From the NCBI GenBank assembly GCA_046757165.1, contig JBHHXT010000002.1, positions 40,928 through 104,927 of the forward strand: 64,000 nt of DNA, written 5' to 3'. Every line of letters starts with the position of its first letter. The first letter of the stretch is position 1. Below the pieces are notes generated by a model. That model had not been told where the DNA came from. It saw only the letters and a program-made list of their open reading frames with translations, and did no database searches. This DNA comes from a bacterium (GTDB lineage: Bacteria; Zhuqueibacterota; Zhuqueibacteria; Oceanimicrobiales; Oceanimicrobiaceae). A program made the translations under genes and the position numbers. This document shows positions 39,384 through 48,133 of the stretch, in pieces.

Positions 39384-40389
39384 TGATGACAAGGATATTC
39401 ACGTCCAGGCCCGGGCTGTCATCGAAAAGGCGGGGTACCGGTTAATATCGGCCTTTGGTGGCGATGACGGCATAAAGAAGGCTGGCAAGAGAACGCCAGA
39501 GCTTGTTATTTTGGACTATTTCATGCCGGACAAGAACGGTCTGCATGTGTACCTGGAGCTTCGGCAAGAAACTCAACTGCAAGATGTTCCAGTCGTAATG
39601 TTCACCAGCGCGGACCATTCGGACCTTGAAGTCAAGAAACTACTCGAAAGCGGTTTGAATGCCTATTTGCGAAAGCCGTTCGGACCCACTGAACTTTTGA
39701 GCGTTATTCAGAATGTGCTGGTTACTAACGAAATCAATTTAAAAAACAAAGAGTTAAGGAAAACCCTTGAAACCAGCAGAAACTTCTTGGAGAATCTGAT
39801 TGAGAGTTGTCCTGTCGTAATCTTGACCTCAGACCATCATGGAATCATTAAGTATGTCAACAAGACGGTTGAATCCATACTTGACTACGAAGCTGATGAG
39901 CTTGTTGGCAGCCGACTCTCGGATTTCGTGGGAGAGGATGTCTTCTCGATTTTCCAGCCTGGTGACCAGCAGAAAACGGTTGTCTATGACATTGCGTGTA
40001 AAGGCGGCAAGTTTGTGCCTGTTGGCTTCACATATTCTCATCTGAGAGATTACCACGGTGAGCTTCAGGGGCTGTTGGCCGTTGGCCAGGACCTGTCCGC
40101 CCAAAAGCAATTGGAAAAAGAACTTCTGGAAAAGGAAAGGCTGGCAGCCATCACAGAGTCCATTGCGACCATCAACCACAAGATCAACAACCCACTCACA
40201 CCGATCCTGGGAAACATTCAGTTGATCCGGCAAGATGAAGCGCAGTTCCAGGAAAGTCACAAAGAAAAGCTAGAAATCATCGAGACGAACGCACGAAAAA
40301 TATGTGAAGTAATAAAAAGCTTCAATCAACTCACAAATCCAATTTCAACAAAATATTACCGGGATTCAAATCTAATTGAGTTTTCATAA
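39361..40389 (+). CDS. REC-PAS-HisKA signalling protein lacking a HATPase domain
   Basis: ILLIDDD, ILDYFMP, KPF; PAS (I.YVN...LDY..DELVG); H-box NHKINNPL; ends about 65 aa later with no N/G boxes. Confidence 0.85.
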   Translation: MKTILLIDDDKDIHVQARAVIEKAGYRLISAFGGDDGIKKAGKRTPELVILDYFMPDKNGLHVYLELRQETQLQDVPVVMFTSADHSDLEVKKLLESGLNAYLRKPFGPTELLSVIQNVLVTNEINLKNKELRKTLETSRNFLENLIESCPVVILTSDHHGIIKYVNKTVESILDYEADELVGSRLSDFVGEDVFSIFQPGDQQKTVVYDIACKGGKFVPVGFTYSHLRDYHGELQGLLAVGQDLSAQKQLEKELLEKERLAAITESIATINHKINNPLTPILGNIQLIRQDEAQFQESHKEKLEIIETNARKICEVIKSFNQLTNPISTKYYRDSNLIEFS

Positions 40390-40407
40390 TGCAACAGGGT
40401 AGTTGAT

Positions 40408-40866
40408 ATGATAGCTGAAAGGAAATTAGTCAGGTCTCTAATCTTCATTGCGATTCTCGCTTTTGCACATGGAAGTTACGCTCTCCACTTGAAGCTTGGT
40501 AAGAAGGATGAGCCGAAATTCTCGATCGTCCTGAGGGCAAAGTCTCTCGTGTTGGGTCCGGTCGTTACGCTAGGCGACATTGGTCACATCGTAATCCCTG
40601 ACAGTTTACAGCGAACACTCTTGAGTTCCGTCAAGATCAGTGACGCACCGCCACCTGGCGAAACGACCGAAATTTCCATGCGACACATCATGAGGCGACT
40701 CAAGACCGCCGGCTTTGAGAAATATCTTTCGGCGCTAAAAGGTCCGAGGACCATACGAGTGGTCACAGCACAGAAGGAAATTGACAAGGCCTTCCTGCGG
40801 GAAGCGCTCGCAAGTCGCTCCGGTGGCTGTCGCTGGCTTCAGACGCACAAATCATCGGGAGCATAA
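40408..40866 (+). CDS. Secreted protein matching the N-terminal extension of FlgA (truncated FlgA-like)
   Basis: Signal peptide; V.LGDI..I......L..V.I..APPPG...I....I...L..AG pattern; SAF/C-terminal domains absent. Confidence 0.6.
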   Translation: MIAERKLVRSLIFIAILAFAHGSYALHLKLGKKDEPKFSIVLRAKSLVLGPVVTLGDIGHIVIPDSLQRTLLSSVKISDAPPPGETTEISMRHIMRRLKTAGFEKYLSALKGPRTIRVVTAQKEIDKAFLREALASRSGGCRWLQTHKSSGA

Positions 40867-40998
40867 TATTTTTATTATTTATCTTGTATATTTTTATAAA
40901 TTTACTTATAATAGTTACCAAATTTTCACGTGCACAACCACAGCTACCACTATGGATATCAAAATTGACTGCCAAGAAACCAATTTGAGGAATATGAT

Positions 40999-41214
40999 AT
41001 GCTAGTCCTGACACGGAAGTTAGGTGAAACGATTGTCATTGGAGACGATATCATCATAAAAGTTGTTGACATTCACGGCAAACAAATCAGGTTGGGCATA
41101 GAAGCACCTACTGAGATCAGCATCTTTCGAGGGGAAATTTACGAGCGAATCCAGGAGGAAAACAAGAGAGCCCTGTCCAATAACAATAACGAAGACCAGG
41201 AAAAGCTGGAGTAG
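40999..41214 (+). CDS. csrA: Carbon storage regulator / translational repressor CsrA
   Basis: MLVLTRKLGE.I.IGDDI...IRLGIEAP..I.I.R.EIY..IQEEN; GAGG RBS. Confidence 0.97.
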   Translation: MLVLTRKLGETIVIGDDIIIKVVDIHGKQIRLGIEAPTEISIFRGEIYERIQEENKRALSNNNNEDQEKLE

Positions 41215-41432
41215 TTCTCGACCTTCTGAGTCAAACAAAGTGTTTGCTGCAGATCTTATCTTCCATTTTTTGCCCAACACCTTCCGTACTGTTATCCTAA
41301 ATAATCGATAGTGATGAGGGCATTTTCTAACAACGTTGTAGTGCTTAGACATTGTCCTGATTCTTTTGTCTTTTGGTTTTAGAGCGCGCATTATGTCAAT
41401 TAAATAGCCAGAGAGCAACGTCTTAGAATCCG

Positions 41433-42800
41433 GTGAAAGCACAACAAGACAAAGAGTTCTCTGTGGTCATCAGGCTGTCAGAGTTCGCAAGTTTGAATGG
41501 CCAACTATCGAATTTTGAACGCGAGGACCAGCGGCAAGAATTCGTCAAGCATTTTTTCCTCAACAAGTATGGACACGGAGGGGGAAAACTGAGGGTTGCA
41601 CAAAAGCAATCCAAGGTGAAATTGACCTGGATACAACCAAGGTTTGACGAGAACGCTGAAGGGGCGCATGAACGGGCGCTAGCCGCTGCAAGGCTAAAGG
41701 ACTATAAAGAGGCGATTCAAAACTGGGTGAAGGCCATCTCATTGAACCCGGCTGACCCAGATTACTATTTTAATCTTGGAATCGCTTTTTTTGAATTGAA
41801 AAACTTCATCGAAGCGATCGAGAACTTCAATAAGGCGTTGGATCTTTGTCCCATCTACTACAAGGCTCATTTGATCCTTGGTACTGTCTATCTAAAAATT
41901 AGAAAATTTCAGAAGGCTGAAAAATATCTGCAGGAAAGTCTCATATTTTATCCAAATCACCCGCTAGCCTATCTAAACCTGGGTGCTGTCTACAGTATCC
42001 TGAAAAGATATGATGATGGCATCAGGATGTTCTTGAGGAGTATCGAACTATCCTCCAACGAGGTGAGGGCGCACTTCGGCCTGGCAAAAATCTACTCACT
42101 CAGAGGAGAGGTAGACAAAGCCAATCGTTATTTCAAGAACGTCATAGATATCGGGAGGAATCACCAGCTCACAAATCACGCGAAACGAGCGATGATTTCG
42201 ACACCTATGGCAGGCAATATTGAACTGTCGAATATTGACACGAAGAACATAGAAAAGTATTACCAGGAGGGGTATAACGCCTTTCTTTTTTCCGATTATG
42301 AAAAAGCTGTCCAGATGTACACCATCTATCTGCGACAAAAACCTGATGATGATTTCGTTTGGTACTCCCTTGGTGAAGCAAGCTTAAGAGCCGGCTATTT
42401 GCAAAAGGCTGCTGAAGCCTTTGAAAAAGCCATCGCTATTAATAGAAGTAAAGGTTTGTATTATAAGGAATTAGCTCTAACATTCGTCTATCTTGATGAT
42501 ACAGAGCGAACTATCAAATGCCTGGAACAGGCCACGAAACTAGGCAAAGTTGACAGCGTTTCCAACACAATCTGGGGGAAAGCACTGATTCAGCAAGGCA
42601 ACTATGACGACGCACTTCGCAAACTGGAAGAGGCCGTGAGGCTGAACCCGACTAACCTGTTTGCCAAGTACAATCTGGCAATAGCTGCTATGAAGAACAA
42701 TGAAGTCGACGCGGCCATCAGCCATCTTCAGGAGATTATCCGCACGCCGATCAACAGTCCGATCAAAATGGAGGCAGAAAATCTTATTGCGCGCACATAG
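41433..42800 (+). CDS. Cytoplasmic TPR-repeat protein
   Basis: About 9-10 TPRs (YFNLGIAF, HLILGTVY, YLNLGAVY, HFGLAKIY) after a ~70-aa unique N-terminus. Confidence 0.85.
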   Translation: MKAQQDKEFSVVIRLSEFASLNGQLSNFEREDQRQEFVKHFFLNKYGHGGGKLRVAQKQSKVKLTWIQPRFDENAEGAHERALAAARLKDYKEAIQNWVKAISLNPADPDYYFNLGIAFFELKNFIEAIENFNKALDLCPIYYKAHLILGTVYLKIRKFQKAEKYLQESLIFYPNHPLAYLNLGAVYSILKRYDDGIRMFLRSIELSSNEVRAHFGLAKIYSLRGEVDKANRYFKNVIDIGRNHQLTNHAKRAMISTPMAGNIELSNIDTKNIEKYYQEGYNAFLFSDYEKAVQMYTIYLRQKPDDDFVWYSLGEASLRAGYLQKAAEAFEKAIAINRSKGLYYKELALTFVYLDDTERTIKCLEQATKLGKVDSVSNTIWGKALIQQGNYDDALRKLEEAVRLNPTNLFAKYNLAIAAMKNNEVDAAISHLQEIIRTPINSPIKMEAENLIART

Positions 42801-42939
42801 CCAGCGAGCACGCGATCGGGTGTATAATATATGTTATGTAAACTTCCAGCCGAGATCGAACGGCCGAAGCCTTTTGCTATTAGGTTGCTTTTCACATAGC
42901 AGCTTACACAAGACGCTCTGCCCGTTTTTTTTCTTACAG

Positions 42940-43014
42940 TCGGGGCGCCCGGATTCGAACCGGGGGCCTCCACGTCCCGAACGTGGCGCGCTAACCGGGC
43001 TGCGCTACGCCCCG
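42940..43014 (-). tRNA. tRNA-Pro (CGG)
   Basis: CGGGGCGTAGCGCAG...CCACG-TT-CGG-GA-CGTGG...GGTTCGAATCC; CCA not encoded. Confidence 0.95.
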
Positions 43015-43025
43015 CAAGCATCTAG

Positions 43026-43643
43026 CTACAATATATGTCTCACCAAGAAGAACCCGAAAATTAACAAAATAATGAACAAAAAAGCAAGTAGATTGAAGTA
43101 TTTATCGATGAAATCTTTGATCGGCTCTCCAAATTTCCAGATCAATCCCGCAACGATGAAGAACCTTGCCGCCCTCCCGACGGCGGATGCCAGTAAGAAC
43201 CCGACAAAATTAATGTCAAAGACGCCGCTTGATATCGTGAAGATCTTGTATGGAATAAATGTGAATCCAGCCGTAAAAACAACCAAGAAGTCATGCTGTT
43301 GGTAAAGTGCCTTTACCTGCTCAAACCTCGTCTGTGTAAAGCCCGGAACATAACTGAAAAAGAAATCTCCGGCTACACTCCAAAATTGATAGCCGATGAT
43401 GTAGCCGAATACTCCGCCAAGCAACGAGCCGACCGAGCATACCAGGGCAAACTTCAGCGCTCTTGTTCGTTGTGAAATCGCCAATGCAATCAGCAGAACA
43501 TCTGGCGGAATTGGAAAAAACGACGACTCAGCAAAAGACAGCCCAAACAGAGCCCAAGAACCGTACGGCGACTCTGCCCACGATAGAACCCAGTCATATA
43601 ACTGTCGGATTAGATTAGGTTTTGGTGTTTCCTTTTCTGACAC
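43026..43643 (-). CDS. YqaA/DedA family membrane protein
   Basis: SFAESSFFPIPPD, GFTFIPYKIF, GRAARFF. Confidence 0.9.
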   Translation of the reverse strand: MSEKETPKPNLIRQLYDWVLSWAESPYGSWALFGLSFAESSFFPIPPDVLLIALAISQRTRALKFALVCSVGSLLGGVFGYIIGYQFWSVAGDFFFSYVPGFTQTRFEQVKALYQQHDFLVVFTAGFTFIPYKIFTISSGVFDINFVGFLLASAVGRAARFFIVAGLIWKFGEPIKDFIDKYFNLLAFLFIILLIFGFFLVRHIL

Positions 43644-43674
43644 TGATGTCTTGCTAAGGGAAGATTAAGTCTTC

Positions 43675-44364
43675 TTAAATGCGCCAAAAAAAGCTGTGCA
43701 TATACACTTTGACAAAGCGGAAAATATCGATTATTCTCATAGCACTTGGCTGATCCTTTTGATAGATTGTCTCGATTGTGGCGGTGCCGATGCGAGAGCC
43801 TCTTTGCCCGATTTTTATGAGCAATTCAGTTTCAAGGTCAAAGAATTTTCCGTGTAGAGGCAAGGCCTCAAATACTCTACTTCGGTAAAGCCTGAATCCT
43901 GATTGCGAGTCTTCTATCTTGGCACCGAGACGCCATGAGATCAGCTTTGATGTAATCTTATTGCTCATGACTCTTGGCAGTGGCATTCTCTCGGTGTGAG
44001 TCATTCTCGAGCCGATCATGACGTCCGCGTTTTGCCGGTAGAGCTCATCAAGCAGGCCTTCGGCATCCGCGGGGTCATGCTGTCCATCAGCGTCAAGCGT
44101 CAGTATCAATGTTGCGCCCTCGGCAAGCGCTTTTTTGAAGCCGCTTCTGAGAGTCGTGCCCTTGCCAAGGTTATGGTCGTGCTTCAGGTAGATTATGTCA
44201 TCGATACCGGCGATGGTCTTCTCAGTTGCATCTATAGAACCGTCATTGACGACGATGATGGTAGCACTCGGTATGCTGCTTTTCAAACGCTTGACGATGC
44301 GCCTCAACGTCATTGCGGCATTATAGGCCGGAATGACTGCATAGATTCTTTCCACTGGCGTCAA
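43675..44364 (-). CDS. GT2 glycosyltransferase (polyprenyl-phosphate sugar transferase-like)
   Basis: IPAYN, VNDGS.D, N.GKG, LDADGQH, DSQSGFR. Confidence 0.9.
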   Translation of the reverse strand: MTPVERIYAVIPAYNAAMTLRRIVKRLKSSIPSATIIVVNDGSIDATEKTIAGIDDIIYLKHDHNLGKGTTLRSGFKKALAEGATLILTLDADGQHDPADAEGLLDELYRQNADVMIGSRMTHTERMPLPRVMSNKITSKLISWRLGAKIEDSQSGFRLYRSRVFEALPLHGKFFDLETELLIKIGQRGSRIGTATIETIYQKDQPSAMRIIDIFRFVKVYMHSFFWRI

Positions 44365-44414
44365 ATATTGAAAAAGAGTAGAGAGTGATGTCTCTACCCT
44401 TCTTGTTGAAATTA

Positions 44415-44490
<76 letters not shown>

Positions 44491-44515
44491 ATATTTAGTT
44501 TGCCTCAATTGTCGA

Positions 44516-44875
44516 TCATGTGTCGATCATGCGGATGATGTCATGCAAGCCTCGTCTTATGTCATTGAGGATGTCCTGACGTTTCTTGTTGTCTGGTGCT
44601 GAGTCATGCTGGTCATGATCATCCTGATCATATAACTCTTTGATTCTTTGCTTAGCCCCTTCGATCGTAAATCTGTCCATGTAAAGCAGTTTCTTAATCA
44701 AAAGGACGGTTTTGATATCATTATTTCGATAAATTCGCTTTCCTGCCCTGTTCTTTGATGGCTTGAGTTCTGGGAATTCGCTTTCCCAGTATCGCAGAAC
44801 ATACGGTTTGATCGATGTCATTTTGCTGACTTCGCTGATAGAGTAATACAACTTTTTGATCGCAAAGTCTTTCAT
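44516..44875 (-). CDS. MerR-family HTH regulator (the type commonly found beside tRNA-Pro)
   Basis: KLYYSISEV, VLRYWESEF..L.P.K..AG.R.Y, FTIEGAK. Confidence 0.9.
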   Translation of the reverse strand: MKDFAIKKLYYSISEVSKMTSIKPYVLRYWESEFPELKPSKNRAGKRIYRNNDIKTVLLIKKLLYMDRFTIEGAKQRIKELYDQDDHDQHDSAPDNKKRQDILNDIRRGLHDIIRMIDT

Positions 44876-44934
44876 AAGCAGAATGAACCGTTCCTGAGTT
44901 TGTCAAGCACAATATAGAACTATTGCGTTATTAA

Positions 44935-45717
44935 TCAAGTGGTTTTTATGCTGGTTCTTAACAATCGCAAGAATAGTGTACTTTGTGCCAGACCGGATAT
45001 TAGTTTTTGCTTTATGTCATCACAGTGTGACCAATAGTTGTTCGTTAGTTTAGTCTTGAACACCCAAAAAGGTTCAAAGCGATAAACTCCCCTTCGAAAC
45101 AACGCATATGGAAAAATCTGATCGTAGGGATAGTTGCAGCCAAGAGTACAGGCGGCTTCATACCCTGCTTTCTTGACCAGCCCAATGACATTCGAATTGA
45201 AGGAGCCAAAAGGATAAGACATGACTTTGATCGGTTGGTTGAGCTGATTCTCCAACACGTCTTTGGAGTATCTCAACTCAAACCAGAGCGTCTTCAATGA
45301 AAGTGATCTCAAGTTGGGATGGGAAACGGTGTGAGAACCTATCTCCCACCCTTCTTTTGCCAGGATTTCGATTTGCTGCCAGGTGCAATGTTCAAATCTA
45401 AATCGATTACCATGATAGTCCCAACTATTCCAGTCACCAACATATTTCGTTATCACGAAAATCGTGGCTGTGAAGTCATATTGTCTTAGAATTGGGAAGG
45501 CGTTTTCAAAAACAGAGGCGTACGCATCGTCGAACGTGATGATCACGTCCCTGGGGCCATGATTGTTGTTTTGAACATACTCTTCGAGTGAAATGGACTT
45601 GAAGCCATTTTCATAGAGGAACTTGATTTGCCGTTCGAATTGTCTGGGTGTGGTGTAGGATGCGCCTAATTCAAATTCGTTCTGCACTTTGTGGTATGCG
45701 AGAATGGGGACAAACAT
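44935..45717 (-). CDS. Polysaccharide deacetylase (CE4/NodB)
   Basis: PILAYH, ITFDDAY, EIGSHT.SH, SYPFG. Confidence 0.9.
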   Translation of the reverse strand: MFVPILAYHKVQNEFELGASYTTPRQFERQIKFLYENGFKSISLEEYVQNNNHGPRDVIITFDDAYASVFENAFPILRQYDFTATIFVITKYVGDWNSWDYHGNRFRFEHCTWQQIEILAKEGWEIGSHTVSHPNLRSLSLKTLWFELRYSKDVLENQLNQPIKVMSYPFGSFNSNVIGLVKKAGYEAACTLGCNYPYDQIFPYALFRRGVYRFEPFWVFKTKLTNNYWSHCDDIKQKLISGLAQSTLFLRLLRTSIKTT

Positions 45718-45729
45718 GTCAGAACGCAG

Positions 45730-46839
45730 TTATATTTCATACAAGTTCTTATATGGCAGACCGAAGGCATCGGCGACCCCCTTAAAGGTAATCTGTCCGT
45801 CAACCATGTTGATACCTTTCGCGATTTCCTCATTTCTGTGAATGATTGCCGGGAAGCCGTGATTTGCGATTTCGATGGCGTACGGGAGAGTCGCATTTGT
45901 CAATGCTTTGGTCGAAGTCATGGGCACGGCTCCTGGCATATTGGCTACGCCATAGTGAATGACGCCGTCGATCTCATAGATTGGATCTTCATGGGTCGTG
46001 GGTTTGATGGTCTCAACACATCCGCCCTGGTCCACCGCAACGTCGACCAGGACAGAGCCTTTCTTCATCAGCCGCAACATATTCTTTGTGATCAGGCTCG
46101 GGGCCTTTGCACCAGGAATGAGAACCGCGCCAACGACCAAATCCGCTTCGGAGATGGCTTGCCTGATGTTTGAGGGATTGGACATGATCGTCATGACATT
46201 CTTAGGCATGACATCATCCAGGTATCTGAGACGATCGAGGTTGATGTCGAGAATCGCGACCCGTGCGCCAAGGCCGGCCGCAATTTTTGCGGCATTCGTG
46301 CCGACAACGCCTCCGCCGAGAATAACGACTCGTGCAGGCTCGACGCCGGGTACCCCGCCCAGCAGAATCCCTTTTCCACCGTGCATTTTTTCCAGGTACC
46401 GGGCCCCCTCTTGAATGGCCATGCGGCCAGCCACCTCGCTCATCGGAACCAGTAGAGGCAGATTCCCGGCAGCATCCTGGACAGTTTCATAAGCAATCGC
46501 AATGCACTTTGATTGCATCATCGCCTGCGTCAGCTTCAAGGAGGCTGCGAAATGGAAATAAGTAAACATGATCTGTCCCTGTCGGATCAGAGGGTATTCG
46601 GATGGAAGCGGTTCCTTCACCTTGATTATCATCTCCGATCTCTCATATATTTCTTGTAGCGCGGAGATGATTTCCGCGCCGGCCTCACGGTAATCTTTGT
46701 CGGTGAATCCGCTGCCCACTCCAGCTCCAGTCTGAACCAGCACAGAATGCCCCGTGCTTTTCAACAATTCCACGCCAGCCGGAATGACCGCCACTCTGTT
46801 TTCATTCGCCTTGATTTCTTTTGGCACGCCAATTCTCAT
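45730..46839 (-). CDS. ald: Alanine dehydrogenase
   Basis: GVPKEIK..E.RV, KVKEP, MSEVAGR, GGGVVG, DVAVDQGG, VANMPGAVP. Confidence 0.96.
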   Translation of the reverse strand: MRIGVPKEIKANENRVAVIPAGVELLKSTGHSVLVQTGAGVGSGFTDKDYREAGAEIISALQEIYERSEMIIKVKEPLPSEYPLIRQGQIMFTYFHFAASLKLTQAMMQSKCIAIAYETVQDAAGNLPLLVPMSEVAGRMAIQEGARYLEKMHGGKGILLGGVPGVEPARVVILGGGVVGTNAAKIAAGLGARVAILDINLDRLRYLDDVMPKNVMTIMSNPSNIRQAISEADLVVGAVLIPGAKAPSLITKNMLRLMKKGSVLVDVAVDQGGCVETIKPTTHEDPIYEIDGVIHYGVANMPGAVPMTSTKALTNATLPYAIEIANHGFPAIIHRNEEIAKGINMVDGQITFKGVADAFGLPYKNLYEI

Positions 46840-46854
46840 TTGTGCTTCTCCCTC

Positions 46855-48099
46855 CTAAGCGGCTCTGGACTTCGGTTTAAGAATCGTCGTGTAAATTCTG
46901 TTGGTGTCAAAAAGCTCTTGGGCGGTCTCCAGGACCTCCGTTCTGGTGACAGCATCGATTTCTGCCAGTGTGTGGTCGAGGGTAAAGTAATCCTGCAAAT
47001 AGATTTCCATTTTCGCCAGACGGTTCATTCTGCTCGAGGTGCCTTCCAGACCCAGCATTAAGTTGCCTTTCAGTTGAGACTTTGTTCGGTCTAATTCTTC
47101 TGAGGAGACAGGATTTTTTCTCAGTCCCTCTAACTCACGCGTGATGAGCTCGAGAGATTTTTCGACATTTTCTTTGTCTGTTCCCAGGTAGACACCAAAA
47201 ATACCAGCATCAAATAGAAAATCGATAAAAGAATAGACCGAGTAAGCGATACCCTGTTTTTCCCGAATGTTCTGAAACAATCGAGAACTCATGCCAGCGC
47301 CGAGCAACGTGTTGAGCACCAACAGGCCAAACTTCTTTCTCTCTCTGTAGGGATAGGCCTGCGTGCCGAGGCAAAGGTGGGCTTGAATGGCTCCGTTTTC
47401 AACCACGTTTGTGCCATGTTCCGGATTTCGCGGCAGCGGGTACGTCGCGGAGTGGCCGTCCCCCAGCGGGCCAAAGTTAGCCTGGAGCAAGTCGACGAGG
47501 TGAGAATGGTCAACATTGCCGGCCGCCGCGACCACCATCCTTGTGGTGGTATAGTTCTGTCTCAGAAAACTCAGGATGGCATCTCGCTTGAGGTTCAATA
47601 TGGAATCGCGCTTGCCGACGATTGAGAAGCCCAGAGGGTGGTTGGGGAACAAGTCCTCCCAGAACAAATCATGAATGAGCTCCTCCGGCGTCTCCTCGAT
47701 GTTGTTCAACTCATCAAGGATGACGCGTTTCTCTTTCTCCATTTCATCTTCATCAAAGATGGAATTGGTGAGAATATCAGCGATAACTTCAACGGCTTTG
47801 CAAAGATGCTCATCAAGAACATGGGCATAGTAACAGGTGAGTTCCTTTCCGGTGAAGGCGTTCAAGTGGCCTCCAACGGACTCGAGACTTCGGGCAATAT
47901 CAGAAGCTGTCTGATTCGATGTTCCCTTGAACATCATATGCTCTATGTAATGAGAAATCCCATGGTTTCCTGGGTGTTCATCTCGAGAGCCGACAGCGAC
48001 CCACGTGCCAATCGAAATGGACCTGACATGAGGGATTCGCTCCGTTACGACGCGTATGCCGTTGCTCAATTCCGTTTTCTTGTACTGTGTCTCGCTCAT
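46855..48099 (-). CDS. M16 family zinc peptidase
   Basis: HYIEH (HxxEH), LNAFTGKE, GMSSRLFQ.IRE..G.AYS; start MSETQ at 48099. Confidence 0.92.
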   Translation of the reverse strand: MSETQYKKTELSNGIRVVTERIPHVRSISIGTWVAVGSRDEHPGNHGISHYIEHMMFKGTSNQTASDIARSLESVGGHLNAFTGKELTCYYAHVLDEHLCKAVEVIADILTNSIFDEDEMEKEKRVILDELNNIEETPEELIHDLFWEDLFPNHPLGFSIVGKRDSILNLKRDAILSFLRQNYTTTRMVVAAAGNVDHSHLVDLLQANFGPLGDGHSATYPLPRNPEHGTNVVENGAIQAHLCLGTQAYPYRERKKFGLLVLNTLLGAGMSSRLFQNIREKQGIAYSVYSFIDFLFDAGIFGVYLGTDKENVEKSLELITRELEGLRKNPVSSEELDRTKSQLKGNLMLGLEGTSSRMNRLAKMEIYLQDYFTLDHTLAEIDAVTRTEVLETAQELFDTNRIYTTILKPKSRAA

Positions 48100-48133
48100 G
48101 TGTACACTACCACTTATATGTCCTCTCCAGCAA

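Noticed and set aside
36262..42940. Genomic island integrated at the tRNA-Pro(CGG) 3' end
   Set aside because: No duplicated tRNA 3' end or dedicated integrase; the lower GC continues past the tRNA into core genes
42700..43305. 201-aa and 97-aa ORFs across the tRNA-Pro
   Set aside because: Translation artefacts of the tRNA and the antisense DedA gene
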